Assembly: GCA_000004985.1 (NCBI GenBank) | Contig: GG738878.1 | Reading direction: 5' to 3' (one strand) | DNA: 64,000 nt | DNA from: Naegleria gruberi | Taxonomy: Eukaryota | Shown: in pieces, positions 22,416-32,549 of the stretch | Layout of the letters: every line of letters starts with the position of its first letter | Position numbering within the stretch: position 1 is the first letter of the stretch | Notes under the pieces: model-generated | What the model was told of the DNA's origin: nothing | Databases searched by the model: none | Seen by the model: only the letters and a program-made list of their open reading frames with translations | Position numbers and translations under genes: made by a program

Positions 22416-23927
22416 ATGGTTTTATGTATTACAGCCTCTGCTCTGGCAGTTTGGTTGATAAAATTATGGATACAAACGAATGCCCAATTTGAAAAAATGA
22501 AACATGTGCCAGGAGCTTGGCAATTGCTTTCGTTTTCATTCTTTTATATTCCCTTCCTTTCTCCTTATAGTTATATTGGTAGCTATAACAATCTGGTCAA
22601 GGCTGTGGAAAAGTATGGAGACCCAATAACTAAAACATTCAGATTGACCACTTCTAAATCAAATTCTGTTTGGATTAGTGATCCAAAATTATTGAAAGAA
22701 TACTTCATTGCAAAGGCTCACAATTTCGAAAAGCCAAATTACAATGTGGCAGCCTTCTTTGGGGAAAATATTCTATCAGCACAAAACAATGAAAGTTGGA
22801 AGAAACACTTTAAAGTTTGTAATCCAGCATTTGGTCCAAAAAATCTCAAATATCTCTGTAAGGTTGCAGTAGAGTCTTGTAATTCAATGTTTGAGATGTG
22901 GGATAGAAGATGCGATGGTACAAACAATTGCATTCTCGAACATGATGACTACCCAAATTTGAGTTTGCAAATTTTGGGCTTGGCAGGTTTAAATATTGAC
23001 TTTGGTATCTATGCTGAGGAAGCAGAGGGTAAACAGTTCAGATTTCATATGGTAAATATGCAATCAGGAAGATCCATTATTTTAAAAATGTTCTTTGACA
23101 AAGAGTCTTTCATGTACAAACTCATTGGTAGAATTACTGGCATTTCACAATCTATTGAATTTTGCAGTAAATATTTGGATAAAATGATAGAGGAAAGAAA
23201 AGCTAAATTGAAGAATGAAGATTTCTGTGAGGCAGATGAAATGAGCGATATTTTGAGTCTGTTGGTGAAGGCTAATGTAATTGAAAATTCAATTTCTAAT
23301 GATGAACTCAAAAGTAACTCGATGGTAATGAGCGTTGCTGGCCATGAGACGACGGCGAACGCTTTGAGATGGGCCTCTTACTACATCTCAAAAAATACCC
23401 AAGTCCAAGAAAGGTTATGGAGAGAGATTGACGCCGTACTCAATGGAAGAAATCCTACCTATGAAGATTACCAATCTTTGGAATATGTAAATGCTGTGTT
23501 GTTGGAGACTTTAAGATTGTCTCCACCAGTCTTACACATGGGAAGAGTTGCTCTTAAAAATCTCACTTTGGGAGAGTATGAAATTAAAAAGGGAGTGTCT
23601 GTAATTCCAATGTTTGGATATGTACAGAGGAGGGAAGACATTTGGCCTAATGCTTCAGAATTCAACCCAGAGAGATTCCTTGATCCAGAGGTTAAGGCTA
23701 ATTATCAACACAACTTTACCTTTGCGGCTTTTAGCTTTGCAAATAGACAATGTTTGGGAAAGAACTTTGCATTGTTGGAGGCATGCATGATTTTATCCTC
23801 AATGATGCAAAAATATGAACTCAAATTATTGAATGATGAGGAAACAGATCCTATAGTTGCTGTACCATTTCCTGTTAATCGTCCTTCGAAGAACTTGAAA
23901 ATTCAATTGTCGAAGAGACACGATTAG
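22416..23927 (+). CDS. Cytochrome P450 monooxygenase.
   Basis: N-terminal TM anchor. It carries the ETLRLSPP K-helix ExxR motif and the heme-binding FSFANRQCLGKNFALLE (FxxGxRxCxG). Confidence 0.9.
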   Translation: MVLCITASALAVWLIKLWIQTNAQFEKMKHVPGAWQLLSFSFFYIPFLSPYSYIGSYNNLVKAVEKYGDPITKTFRLTTSKSNSVWISDPKLLKEYFIAKAHNFEKPNYNVAAFFGENILSAQNNESWKKHFKVCNPAFGPKNLKYLCKVAVESCNSMFEMWDRRCDGTNNCILEHDDYPNLSLQILGLAGLNIDFGIYAEEAEGKQFRFHMVNMQSGRSIILKMFFDKESFMYKLIGRITGISQSIEFCSKYLDKMIEERKAKLKNEDFCEADEMSDILSLLVKANVIENSISNDELKSNSMVMSVAGHETTANALRWASYYISKNTQVQERLWREIDAVLNGRNPTYEDYQSLEYVNAVLLETLRLSPPVLHMGRVALKNLTLGEYEIKKGVSVIPMFGYVQRREDIWPNASEFNPERFLDPEVKANYQHNFTFAAFSFANRQCLGKNFALLEACMILSSMMQKYELKLLNDEETDPIVAVPFPVNRPSKNLKIQLSKRHD

Positions 23928-23940
23928 AAATTCATAGAAA

Positions 23941-24863
23941 TTAATGAAAGTGCAAGTATAATATTACTAAAGCACTGAGGAAAATCCACTTCCAAAAAGA
24001 TCCAAGCTGCATCTTCTTTTTCTGTTTCTTTTGTTGGTGTTGAATAATCTCATTTTCATCAAAAGGTATTCCATTATTATATTTAGCAGCATTTGTAGTA
24101 TCTCCAAGTCTTGAATAAGTGAGAGCAATAAATTGGTAGACTCTCTCCTCGTTAGATTTATCTAATTCAATAGATTTCAAGTAATCGCCAAGTGCTTGTT
24201 TGTATTTTTCCAGTTCAAAATATGAAGATCCTCTATTAATAAAGGCAGAGCTATTGTGGGCTCGAGCTTGATTGCCTCGGTGAAATCCTTGATGGCATTT
24301 TCGTACTCGCCATTTTGATGATATGCTGAACCTCTACTTAAATATGCTGTTGAAAACTTTGAGTTCAATTCAATAGATTTTGAAAAGTCCTCGATAGCTT
24401 TGAGGTATTCCTTACTTTCCAAGTGAACAACTCCTCTTCTACTGTAAATCAGATAATCAGGGCTTTCTTCAATTACCTTATTATAATCTTTAAGAGATTT
24501 ATCAGTTTCTCCAATCTCATAATACAAATGTCCTCTAATTGTGTAAATTAATATCTTGTTTGTTGAATTAAAGTCCAAAGCAAAATTAAAATCCGAAATG
24601 GCTTTCTCCTTTTCCTTCATTTCTAAATACACAAGACCTCTACTGCAATAAACATCACCATTTTTTGGTTTTAATTTGAGAGCTTCGGAATAGTCAGATA
24701 TTGCTTTTTCAAATTCTTTCAATTCAAAATATGAACTTGCTCTGTTGTTGAGAGCAGTAAAATTATTCTTATCAAATTGGAGGGCATGGGAAAATTCATC
24801 AATGGCTATTTTAAATTTTCCACTATTGTGTGCAGACAAACCGGCAAGGAGGTGTTGTTCCAT
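23941..24863 (-). CDS. TPR-repeat protein with an apparent 1-nt frameshift near 24295. The product is either disrupted or there is an assembly error.
   Basis: Seven or more perfectly periodic 34-aa TPR units (AISDYSEALKL.., AIEDFSKSIEL.., AIKDFTEAIKLEP). The repeat continues without interruption in the +1 frame (NSSAFINRGSSYFELEKYKQALGDYLKSIELDKSNEERVYQFIALTYSRLGD), which corresponds to ORF 23941-24180. Confidence 0.55.
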
Positions 24864-24967
24864 TTGTTTAAATTAGTTTTATTAATAAAGATAACACAAA
24901 CAATAAATTGTAAATAAGAGAGTGTTTTAGATTGAACAGGGCTTAGTATTTTTTACGAACAATGTAT

Positions 24968-25040
24968 TCCCCCTTAGCTCAGTCGGTAGAGCGTCAGACT
25001 GTTAATCTGCAGGTCGGTGGTTCGAGCCCACCAGGGGGAG
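24968..25040 (+). tRNA. tRNA-Asn (anticodon GUU).
   Basis: Cloverleaf folded by hand. Acceptor TCCCCCT pairs with AGGGGGA, D-arm is GCTC-AGTCGGTA-GAGC, anticodon loop CTGTTAA gives GTT, and the T-arm is GGTGG-TTCGAGC-CCACC. Discriminator is G and no CCA is encoded. Confidence 0.9.
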
Positions 25041-26465
25041 TAATGTTTTATTTTCAATATCTTAATTTATTGTTATTATTCATTTCTGTTTTCACTCCCT
25101 TGTAGTGCAGTCTGCCTTTTGGTGGAATGTTGAACCGAAAAACAATTTGAAAATTCATTAGAAGAAGCATTAATCTTATAAAAGGAAGGTAGTTGACTGT
25201 CCGTTTAAATACACTTGAATAGGATACAACTTTTTTTCGTTGTTTGTAACTTCATGGTTGACAATCAAAGTATTCGTGGACTCCACAACATTGGAAAGTC
25301 TTGGACTGGAAAATCTCTTATTGTTAGGCAGTGAAAATGACAAGAAGGCTTACCTGAAGTCTTAATTTCCTTTTTCCATACACCATCAATCTAATGCGTG
25401 ACAATGGATTCAACCAAACCCTCTGTTTTCAAAAACCTTTTCACACATTCACATAAATAAAAATCTTATAAACGAGCTCGTGGGATCTTCTCTTCATCCC
25501 GTTTCACCAGCTCTTTAAGATACATTCCCCATCTTCAGTACTATATTTTACAACAACAATTATAGCTAAAATCGCTTTAATTCATTTAGGAAGATCATTG
25601 GAGATTGTCCAACAACAGAAATATTTTTTAATTTTAATATTTATTTAATAATCTAAATTGTTAATATCCTGATTTAAACAAACACTTTTAAACTCGTTCA
25701 ATAATTTTTAGACTTGTAGTGAAGAGCAACTCACGTACAACTCCAACCAACATCTTATTTGAAAATCAAAAACGATACCGTACTCAAACAAATAAGGAAA
25801 AGTTGGCAAGAAATCATTTCGAACAACATCAAAATTGTATTTAATTACAACCTTTTGTACAGAGTTTCGTTTCATCAGTTTACACTCTATCGACATCACT
25901 CGACCCGATATAACTGAATTGTATTGTTGGCGCCATTTTTTTATTGAATTAGCTGAGTGGTACAAGAAGAAACTGTTCGGGCTTTTCTCAACCTGTGCTG
26001 CCATTTGCTTTTCAGTTTGCCTGTTGTTTGTGTTCTCTCTCTTTGCGCATCTCTTAATCGTAATTGACGTACCGCCAAGCAAAGCACTGTATTGATTTAG
26101 AAAACGACTGTGCTGTTTGTTGTTGTTGAGGTCCAGAGTTTATTGTTATCACTCCTCAACTACCTCCTTAGTGCTTGCTCAAAATCCAAAAAAAAACACT
26201 CCATTGGCTTATTGAACTGAACAGCGGTTTCAAAGTTCATTTTCTTTCAACTTCCTTACTGCCCTCATTCCTCTTGAAATCACATTCCTACCAATCCGAA
26301 GATTGGATTAATAGCGATTGTTGATTTGCCTTATATTCCCTACAACAACACACCTCTTCTACAATATTACTACCAACTACCAACTACTTCCATTATTAAT
26401 TCTTTTAAGAATATTTAGTGATCATCGACTTTCCTCATCAAACTCTCATAACCTCCAATTTAAGA

Positions 26466-27932
26466 ATGAATACAAGAACAACACCATTCCCTTTCAGAAG
26501 AAACTACTCATCACCAAGCTGCAATGGCAGATACACATCCGATTTCAATACTCCCCAAGATAAGATACGGGATGATGAAGCAATTTCTGATACAAGCAGC
26601 TGTATCGGTAACTATAATAATTCTCCATACTCTGTTGATGGATCCTCATCCATTTCTTCTTCCTCCTCATTCATGAGGGATCGATCCCTCTCTACATGCT
26701 CTGTAAATGTTTCCCCTCTTTTAAGAAATTCTTTGGATTGTTTCTCTTCGCCTCCAAGTTATGAAACTTATGAACAACCCAGACAATTGATTAATTGGAG
26801 TGAATACTTTTTCAGTCTGAGTCAAAAACAAAGCCAAGTTAGAACGAGAAAGACAGCCTCTGTCTACCAACAATTATATACTTCAAGCTATATGAAAAGA
26901 TATAGAAGTGTTGTCTGTGATTGGTTCTTTGAAATACAGTACGCTTTGTCTTTGAGTCAAAGACTCGTCCATGTTGCTACCTTATACATGGATATTTGTA
27001 TGTATAGACTTTATTCCACAAACAGGGTAGCTTGCCCTTCCACTAACATTGCACCTGGTGAAGGTCTCTTTAGTATCAAGCAATATCTTCAATTATTAGC
27101 TGCCAGTTGCTTATGGATTTCAACCAAACGAGATGAAACTTATGGCGACTCAAAACTTAAACTCGATACCTTAGTACAATATTGCTGTGGCATGTACACC
27201 AAACAAAATTTCCAAGAAATGGAAGCTTTTGTATTAGATTTACTGGAATGGGAATTAGAAGATACTCCTTCTATCGATTTTCTTGATACAATGATGGCAT
27301 CAGACTCTGATTTATCAAGTGAAGATGACATGGAGGATGAAGAATCATCTGAAGAAGAGACATTCAACAACTTTAAGGAATCTGTTAAACACTACTCGAA
27401 AATGATTATTGATTCCTCAATACTGAATACACTCGTTACCGGATCAAATAAGGAGAAAATGGACACTTTTGAGCAACTTAAACAATTGTTTAATATCCAT
27501 GTCCCAAGCCAATACGTTCAACAACTTGAACATACATATATTTCACTCTGGATTACCATGCTTAATTATCCAAGCTTATTGGCTTTATCCTCACTTCTTT
27601 CCGGATTATTCTTATATCACTTGTATGAATCTCCTTTTGAACAAGGCCAATTATCTGGTATTTACCAATCTGCTGATATGACCACCCTGGAACAATTTGA
27701 AGATGTTCTTTCTCATTATTGGACATCAGACATGGAAATGAATATTGGTTATAGTTTGGAACAAGTAGCTATTTGCTCAAGAATTCTATACACATTCTTT
27801 CATATTGAGCAATCAAAAACCTCAGTTGAAGAAAAACCGAAACGTGAAACACAAAGACCATCAAATAATACTCGCAGCGAAACAACTCATGGATTGGATC
27901 AAATGAACTTGGCTTGCAATGAGCAACTGTAA
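26466..27932 (+). CDS. Cyclin-domain protein with acidic and low-complexity regions.
   Basis: The cyclin N-terminal box is MKRYRSVVCDWFFEIQYALSLSQRLVHVATLYMDICMYRL...LQLLAASCLWISTKRDE. The second helix bundle is LDTLVQYCCGMYTKQNFQEMEAFVLDLLEWELEDTPSIDFL. The first ATG after the GTG-initiated ORF start is at 26466. Confidence 0.7.
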   Translation: MNTRTTPFPFRRNYSSPSCNGRYTSDFNTPQDKIRDDEAISDTSSCIGNYNNSPYSVDGSSSISSSSSFMRDRSLSTCSVNVSPLLRNSLDCFSSPPSYETYEQPRQLINWSEYFFSLSQKQSQVRTRKTASVYQQLYTSSYMKRYRSVVCDWFFEIQYALSLSQRLVHVATLYMDICMYRLYSTNRVACPSTNIAPGEGLFSIKQYLQLLAASCLWISTKRDETYGDSKLKLDTLVQYCCGMYTKQNFQEMEAFVLDLLEWELEDTPSIDFLDTMMASDSDLSSEDDMEDEESSEEETFNNFKESVKHYSKMIIDSSILNTLVTGSNKEKMDTFEQLKQLFNIHVPSQYVQQLEHTYISLWITMLNYPSLLALSSLLSGLFLYHLYESPFEQGQLSGIYQSADMTTLEQFEDVLSHYWTSDMEMNIGYSLEQVAICSRILYTFFHIEQSKTSVEEKPKRETQRPSNNTRSETTHGLDQMNLACNEQL

Positions 27933-28062
27933 TAAATAAGGTCTTTTTCAACCCCTTAATTTAGATGTTGTACAAAAACATTTCCTTATTGATCTCTCGA
28001 TAAAAGACAATCCAATTAAGGAAATACGCCAAGATTTGCTTACAAATTAGTAAATTAATAAT

Positions 28063-29778
28063 TTATAAAGTTTCTGCTTCATCAGCAATGGTTGAGGTAT
28101 CGTCTTCGTCTTCACTGGAGGCAACAGCTGATTCATCATCATCAGCATCATCACCTTCAGGTATTTCGTATAAATCTAATCTGTCTCTGTTTGGATGCTT
28201 CAACAAGACAAATTCGCAATCTTGCTTATTGTTTTCTTGGAGATATCTTTGAACATATTCGATTATGAGTTTAACAACACCCCACATGTTGTACAAATGG
28301 AGTTGAAGTTGATCAGCAAAGTCTTCTGGTCTGTATTTTTCAGTGCCCAAAATAAGGTGAGTCTTTGTAGCCTTTGGTGATTGTCTTGAAACGAAACCGA
28401 GCTTGAATTGCTTGCTTGAGCTCAAAAGGGCTTGAGCAGTCCACTTAGCCATTTTGGCAGAGTTGTTCTTAAATTCAGCCATGATGATTGAGGTCTTTTG
28501 GGATTCCATTGAAGTCTTCCAATCAGCAACATTGTGATATTGATTTTGTTCTGCTGGGAAATATTCATTCAAAACCTTCAATGACATTTCTTCATCACCT
28601 GAAGTTTCCTTAGACAAACCATTGATTTCACATCTTACGAGAAGGTTAATTGAGTCACTTAATTTGAATTCACGATACTTGTAAGCCAAGTTAAAGACAC
28701 CAGTTGAGAATGGAACAGCTTCGTTACCCAATTTCTTAACTTCATCTTCCTTGAAAGCTTGTTTTTGGAGGTAAGCATTGACGAGAGTAGCTTCCTTACT
28801 CAATGAGAATGCAGAGTTGATGGATTGAACATTCTTTTCATCTACTGATGGAGGATTTGATGATGTTTCAGAAACAGAGTGCCACAAGTTAATGTTACGA
28901 CCTTCCAATTTTCTCATATCCAAATAAATCTTTCCTTCACTGACACGAACAGCCATATCCCAAGGAAGTTCGGATTTAGAAGCAGCCATAAGTGTAGCAA
29001 TAGCATCATCAGTGGCAAAAACGTTGGCTTCTGGAGCAGTCTTATTGTTAAGAAGTGGATCTTCTGATGAAGCTGGTGGTTGAAGAATATAACCATTAAG
29101 TTTTTGTGGTTTTTCCAAAGTGAGTGGTTGTTTGGCAGAAGCTCTGTCAAACTTCTTGTCATAGTATCCCAAACTACCACAAATATGACGATCAATTGGT
29201 TCAGGTGTCTTGTATCCTTTACCACTTTCCAATGGTTCTGTTGTAGCCTTCTTCAATGTACCGAATAAGAATTTATCAATCAAGACCCAGCTCTTCTTAA
29301 CCTTGATGGAAGGTTTGTAGTTTTGTGTCTTGGTTTTTTGATAATAGCTAAGTGTGGCCTTCTTTTTCTTTTGTTTGTTTTGCTTGTTTTGTTCTTGGTT
29401 GTAAGCAGCCTTTGGAGGTTGTGATTGTGTAGTAGGTCTTCTCTTGTTTTGATTATAGTTGGTGTAGGATTTTCTTTGACTTTGAGTGTTTGAAACGACC
29501 AAGTTAAAGTCGTCATTAGCACCAGTTACATTGGCAATAGCAGCAGCAACTGAGTGAGTTGTTGTACTTGTTGTTGGAGCCGATTGTTCGCTTGTCCAAT
29601 CAGCAATTTTACCAATACTTATTTTACTAGGAATAATGTGAAATAAATTTGTTGGCAAAGACAAAATTTCTGATTTAGATTGTTCAACAGAAGAGGAAGC
29701 TGGGTGAATAGGACCCCATCCTTCCTTTGATTGTTCGAGCAGAGAAATGGCAGAGAGTAAATCTGATGACGATTGCAT
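28063..29778 (-). CDS. Eukaryotic translation initiation factor 3 subunit D (eIF3d).
   Basis: Collinear matches to eIF3d: SKEGWGP, KIADWT, ANVFATDDAIATLM, NLLVRCEINGL, AEFKNNSAKMAKWT and FKLGFVSR. An acidic D/E C-terminal tail is present as in eIF3d. Confidence 0.9.
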   Translation of the reverse strand: MQSSSDLLSAISLLEQSKEGWGPIHPASSSVEQSKSEILSLPTNLFHIIPSKISIGKIADWTSEQSAPTTSTTTHSVAAAIANVTGANDDFNLVVSNTQSQRKSYTNYNQNKRRPTTQSQPPKAAYNQEQNKQNKQKKKKATLSYYQKTKTQNYKPSIKVKKSWVLIDKFLFGTLKKATTEPLESGKGYKTPEPIDRHICGSLGYYDKKFDRASAKQPLTLEKPQKLNGYILQPPASSEDPLLNNKTAPEANVFATDDAIATLMAASKSELPWDMAVRVSEGKIYLDMRKLEGRNINLWHSVSETSSNPPSVDEKNVQSINSAFSLSKEATLVNAYLQKQAFKEDEVKKLGNEAVPFSTGVFNLAYKYREFKLSDSINLLVRCEINGLSKETSGDEEMSLKVLNEYFPAEQNQYHNVADWKTSMESQKTSIIMAEFKNNSAKMAKWTAQALLSSSKQFKLGFVSRQSPKATKTHLILGTEKYRPEDFADQLQLHLYNMWGVVKLIIEYVQRYLQENNKQDCEFVLLKHPNRDRLDLYEIPEGDDADDDESAVASSEDEDDTSTIADEAETL

Positions 29779-30182
29779 TTTTTTTCTTCAAAAGAATGTT
29801 GTAAAGAATCAAAGGTTTTTAATTTAATTAATATTATTAATAATTCTTCAATGATCTTGGCTTGATTTCCTCTTCACAGATATAAATATTCGAGAAGTTT
29901 ATTTCGATATGAATACAATTCGAGATTGAAGAGAAGGGAATAATTTTATGATGGTGAATCTTTGGGTTGAAGGCTTGAAAAAAATTATTGTCTTTTGATG
30001 AAAAAGGTCAAGTTGTCCTGCTATCATGTTGTCTGGAAGAAAGTACTCTTATTATTATTAACAATCAATTATGGCTGAACAAGCAACTCGGTCAAATTTT
30101 CCACAAGTCAATTTTAAATTAAAATCTTCATCAATTAATATTATTACCCTCTTCCTATCAATATTGAATGAATTGAAAAAAA

Positions 30183-32543
30183 ATGTTGAAAAAGCTCCAC
30201 TCTATTTCATCATCAACATTACCAGTTACTCTCTCCACCACTAACGGAAGTAAAGCGGTGTTTAATATGATGGCCAATAGTGCTATTCAATCACGTTTTA
30301 ATCATCAAGCAGCTGCTATTGTTGTGGACGAAAAAAAGGTTCAATCAAATCGTCCTCCTCAAAAACAGAGTGGAGCTCCAGCCAATAACAAATTCATTAG
30401 TAAACAACATAAGAAAGAGAAATTCCAAGAATTGAATTTGGAAAAAAAAGCAAGATTGGATAATATTATTAATGACCAAAAATCGAAGCAAAAACTCGGA
30501 AAGAGAATTCTTTTGTATTTGATGAGATGTTCTCAAAAGAATATTCCTATCACAACAGTATACTTTTACTTTGATTTACTTTTGAATCATTTAAAGATTA
30601 CTATGGAACATTCATTCTTTATTCAACTTCTTAGTTTATGTAAGGATGAAGACCAATGTGTAACTGTCTTTTTACTTTCCGTGAAAGCTGAAAAGGTTAA
30701 ATTAGAAAATGGAACAGAATCAATTGAACCAATCATCAAGTTACCAAAGAATATCTCATATAATAGAGAACAGTATGAAAAGTTTAGATCATTGATGCCA
30801 TTAAATCAGCACTATAATGAAGTCATGATTTCTACAGCATTATTCCATACACTTGCTAGATTAAAGTCAAAGTATACATATGCTTTATTCAGAGCATTGA
30901 AACAATCTGATGAAAGTCTATTCAGTGAATATCACACAGTTGAATGTTACAATTGTCTTTTATTACAATATGCTAAACCACCATTTACTGATATGGAATT
31001 GGTCAACAAACTTCTTTCGGAAATGAACCAAAATGAAGCTACCAAACCAAACATTAGAACTCACACACTTCTCTTGGACTTAATTCTTAAGAGCACCTAT
31101 TCAAATGGTGAAAAGTTGCAAAGAATTCTTCAAATGACAAGAGAAATTGAGTCAGCAGATACTGCCTTCTTTAACAAACTCCTCACAAATCTCATAGACA
31201 CTCAACAATACAAAATTGCCATCCAATTATTTAATGCTATTAATCAAGCATCAGTTGGAACAGATTCCAAGATTCGTCCTGACCGTGTTACATATCACAA
31301 GATGATTTCACTCTACTTTAAGATAGGAAGCCCTGAAAAGGCTCTTTCTATTGCTAAAGCTTTTGAACAAGATCCTTTGAGTCAAATTACAAGTTATACT
31401 TGTTGTTTGGTTATTCAAGGTTTTATTGATGCTGACAGAATTCAAGAAGCCATAATGCTCTATGAAAACTTTATCAAACATCCAAAGATTAAATTGGATC
31501 AAATTTTCTTCAACGCTATTATTTCATCAGCAGGTAAAAAGAATTTACCACAACTTTTACAACGAGCAATTAAGGATATGAAGGAGCTTAAAGTGGAACC
31601 AGATTTAACCTTATACTTTACAACATTGTCATCATACTCTAGAATGGGACTTATGCCAGAAGCTGAAAAGATGTATCAATTATTCAAAGTTAAAGGTTTG
31701 CTTACATCATCAAAGCATTATACTGCCTTGATGAGAGGTTACTTTAGACTTAAAAAAGATGACATGGTATGGGATGTATTCCAAAGATTTTTGGAAGATC
31801 AAAAATTACGTGAAAAATCAGGCGATCCTCTTTATTTAGATTTTGCAATTTTATCGTATTTGTTGGCAGCTACTAGATCTAAGGAACAACTTGAACAAAT
31901 TTTCGTACACTACAAGGCATTGATTGAAAAGAATATTATTTCAGATAGTACAAATGATTACGTTATGTTGGATGATGAAGCAGAGGATGATATTATCCTT
32001 AACATTACAGAAGCAGAGGATGATGAAAAGGTTGGAGCATTTACTGATAGAGACTTAGTTGATCTTTATAATGATGATTTCAAGTTTGAAGAATCAGGAA
32101 AGATTGCCTTCTATTCAGATGTTAGACCAGAACTGTTTTATTATAGACTTTGTAGAGTTTCTTTGTATCAAAGACATACTAACATTCTCATCCAACTTTT
32201 GAACCACATGCAACTCATCGCCAAGGTTCAACCACATAGTATCAAATATTTCTCTAAAATTGTCCTTCGTTACTTGTCAACAACAGGCAGAAAGAGAGTT
32301 GTGTACTTCTTTGAGGTATTGGACAAACTTTTACAAGAGTATAAGAAGGGAACTAGGATTGTATTTTTGGAAATTCTTGCTAGGAAATATCTTGGTGCCG
32401 TTGAAAAACTAGCCGATTTTATTACTCAACAAAGAATTGAGAATTACATAAGATACAGAGGTGAAGATTTACAAGATCCTTCATTCAACTATGTACCAAA
32501 CTTTAATCAAATTTTGAAAGAACTCGCAACTATTAAAGTATAA
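30183..32543 (+). CDS. Pentatricopeptide (PPR)-repeat protein, probably targeted to mitochondria.
   Basis: Tandem 35-aa helical repeats (VTYHKMISLYFKIGSPEKALSIAKAF; QIFFNAIISSAGKKNLPQLLQRAIKDMKELKVEPDLTLYFTTLSSYSRMGLMPEAEKMYQLFKVKGLLTSSKHYTALMRGY). The N-terminus is basic and hydroxylated, like a presequence. Confidence 0.55.
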   Translation: MLKKLHSISSSTLPVTLSTTNGSKAVFNMMANSAIQSRFNHQAAAIVVDEKKVQSNRPPQKQSGAPANNKFISKQHKKEKFQELNLEKKARLDNIINDQKSKQKLGKRILLYLMRCSQKNIPITTVYFYFDLLLNHLKITMEHSFFIQLLSLCKDEDQCVTVFLLSVKAEKVKLENGTESIEPIIKLPKNISYNREQYEKFRSLMPLNQHYNEVMISTALFHTLARLKSKYTYALFRALKQSDESLFSEYHTVECYNCLLLQYAKPPFTDMELVNKLLSEMNQNEATKPNIRTHTLLLDLILKSTYSNGEKLQRILQMTREIESADTAFFNKLLTNLIDTQQYKIAIQLFNAINQASVGTDSKIRPDRVTYHKMISLYFKIGSPEKALSIAKAFEQDPLSQITSYTCCLVIQGFIDADRIQEAIMLYENFIKHPKIKLDQIFFNAIISSAGKKNLPQLLQRAIKDMKELKVEPDLTLYFTTLSSYSRMGLMPEAEKMYQLFKVKGLLTSSKHYTALMRGYFRLKKDDMVWDVFQRFLEDQKLREKSGDPLYLDFAILSYLLAATRSKEQLEQIFVHYKALIEKNIISDSTNDYVMLDDEAEDDIILNITEAEDDEKVGAFTDRDLVDLYNDDFKFEESGKIAFYSDVRPELFYYRLCRVSLYQRHTNILIQLLNHMQLIAKVQPHSIKYFSKIVLRYLSTTGRKRVVYFFEVLDKLLQEYKKGTRIVFLEILARKYLGAVEKLADFITQQRIENYIRYRGEDLQDPSFNYVPNFNQILKELATIKV

Positions 32544-32549
32544 TAGCTT

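Noticed and set aside
25708-26095. ORFs 25708-26082 (minus) and 25835-26095 (plus) in the 1.4-kb spacer between tRNA-Asn and the cyclin gene.
   Set aside because: They have no motif, they overlap each other on opposite strands, and the compositional features (CT-rich tracts, short GC-richer island) fit a promoter or 5'UTR region for the cyclin gene better than coding sequence. A small ncRNA cannot be excluded but nothing specific was recognised.
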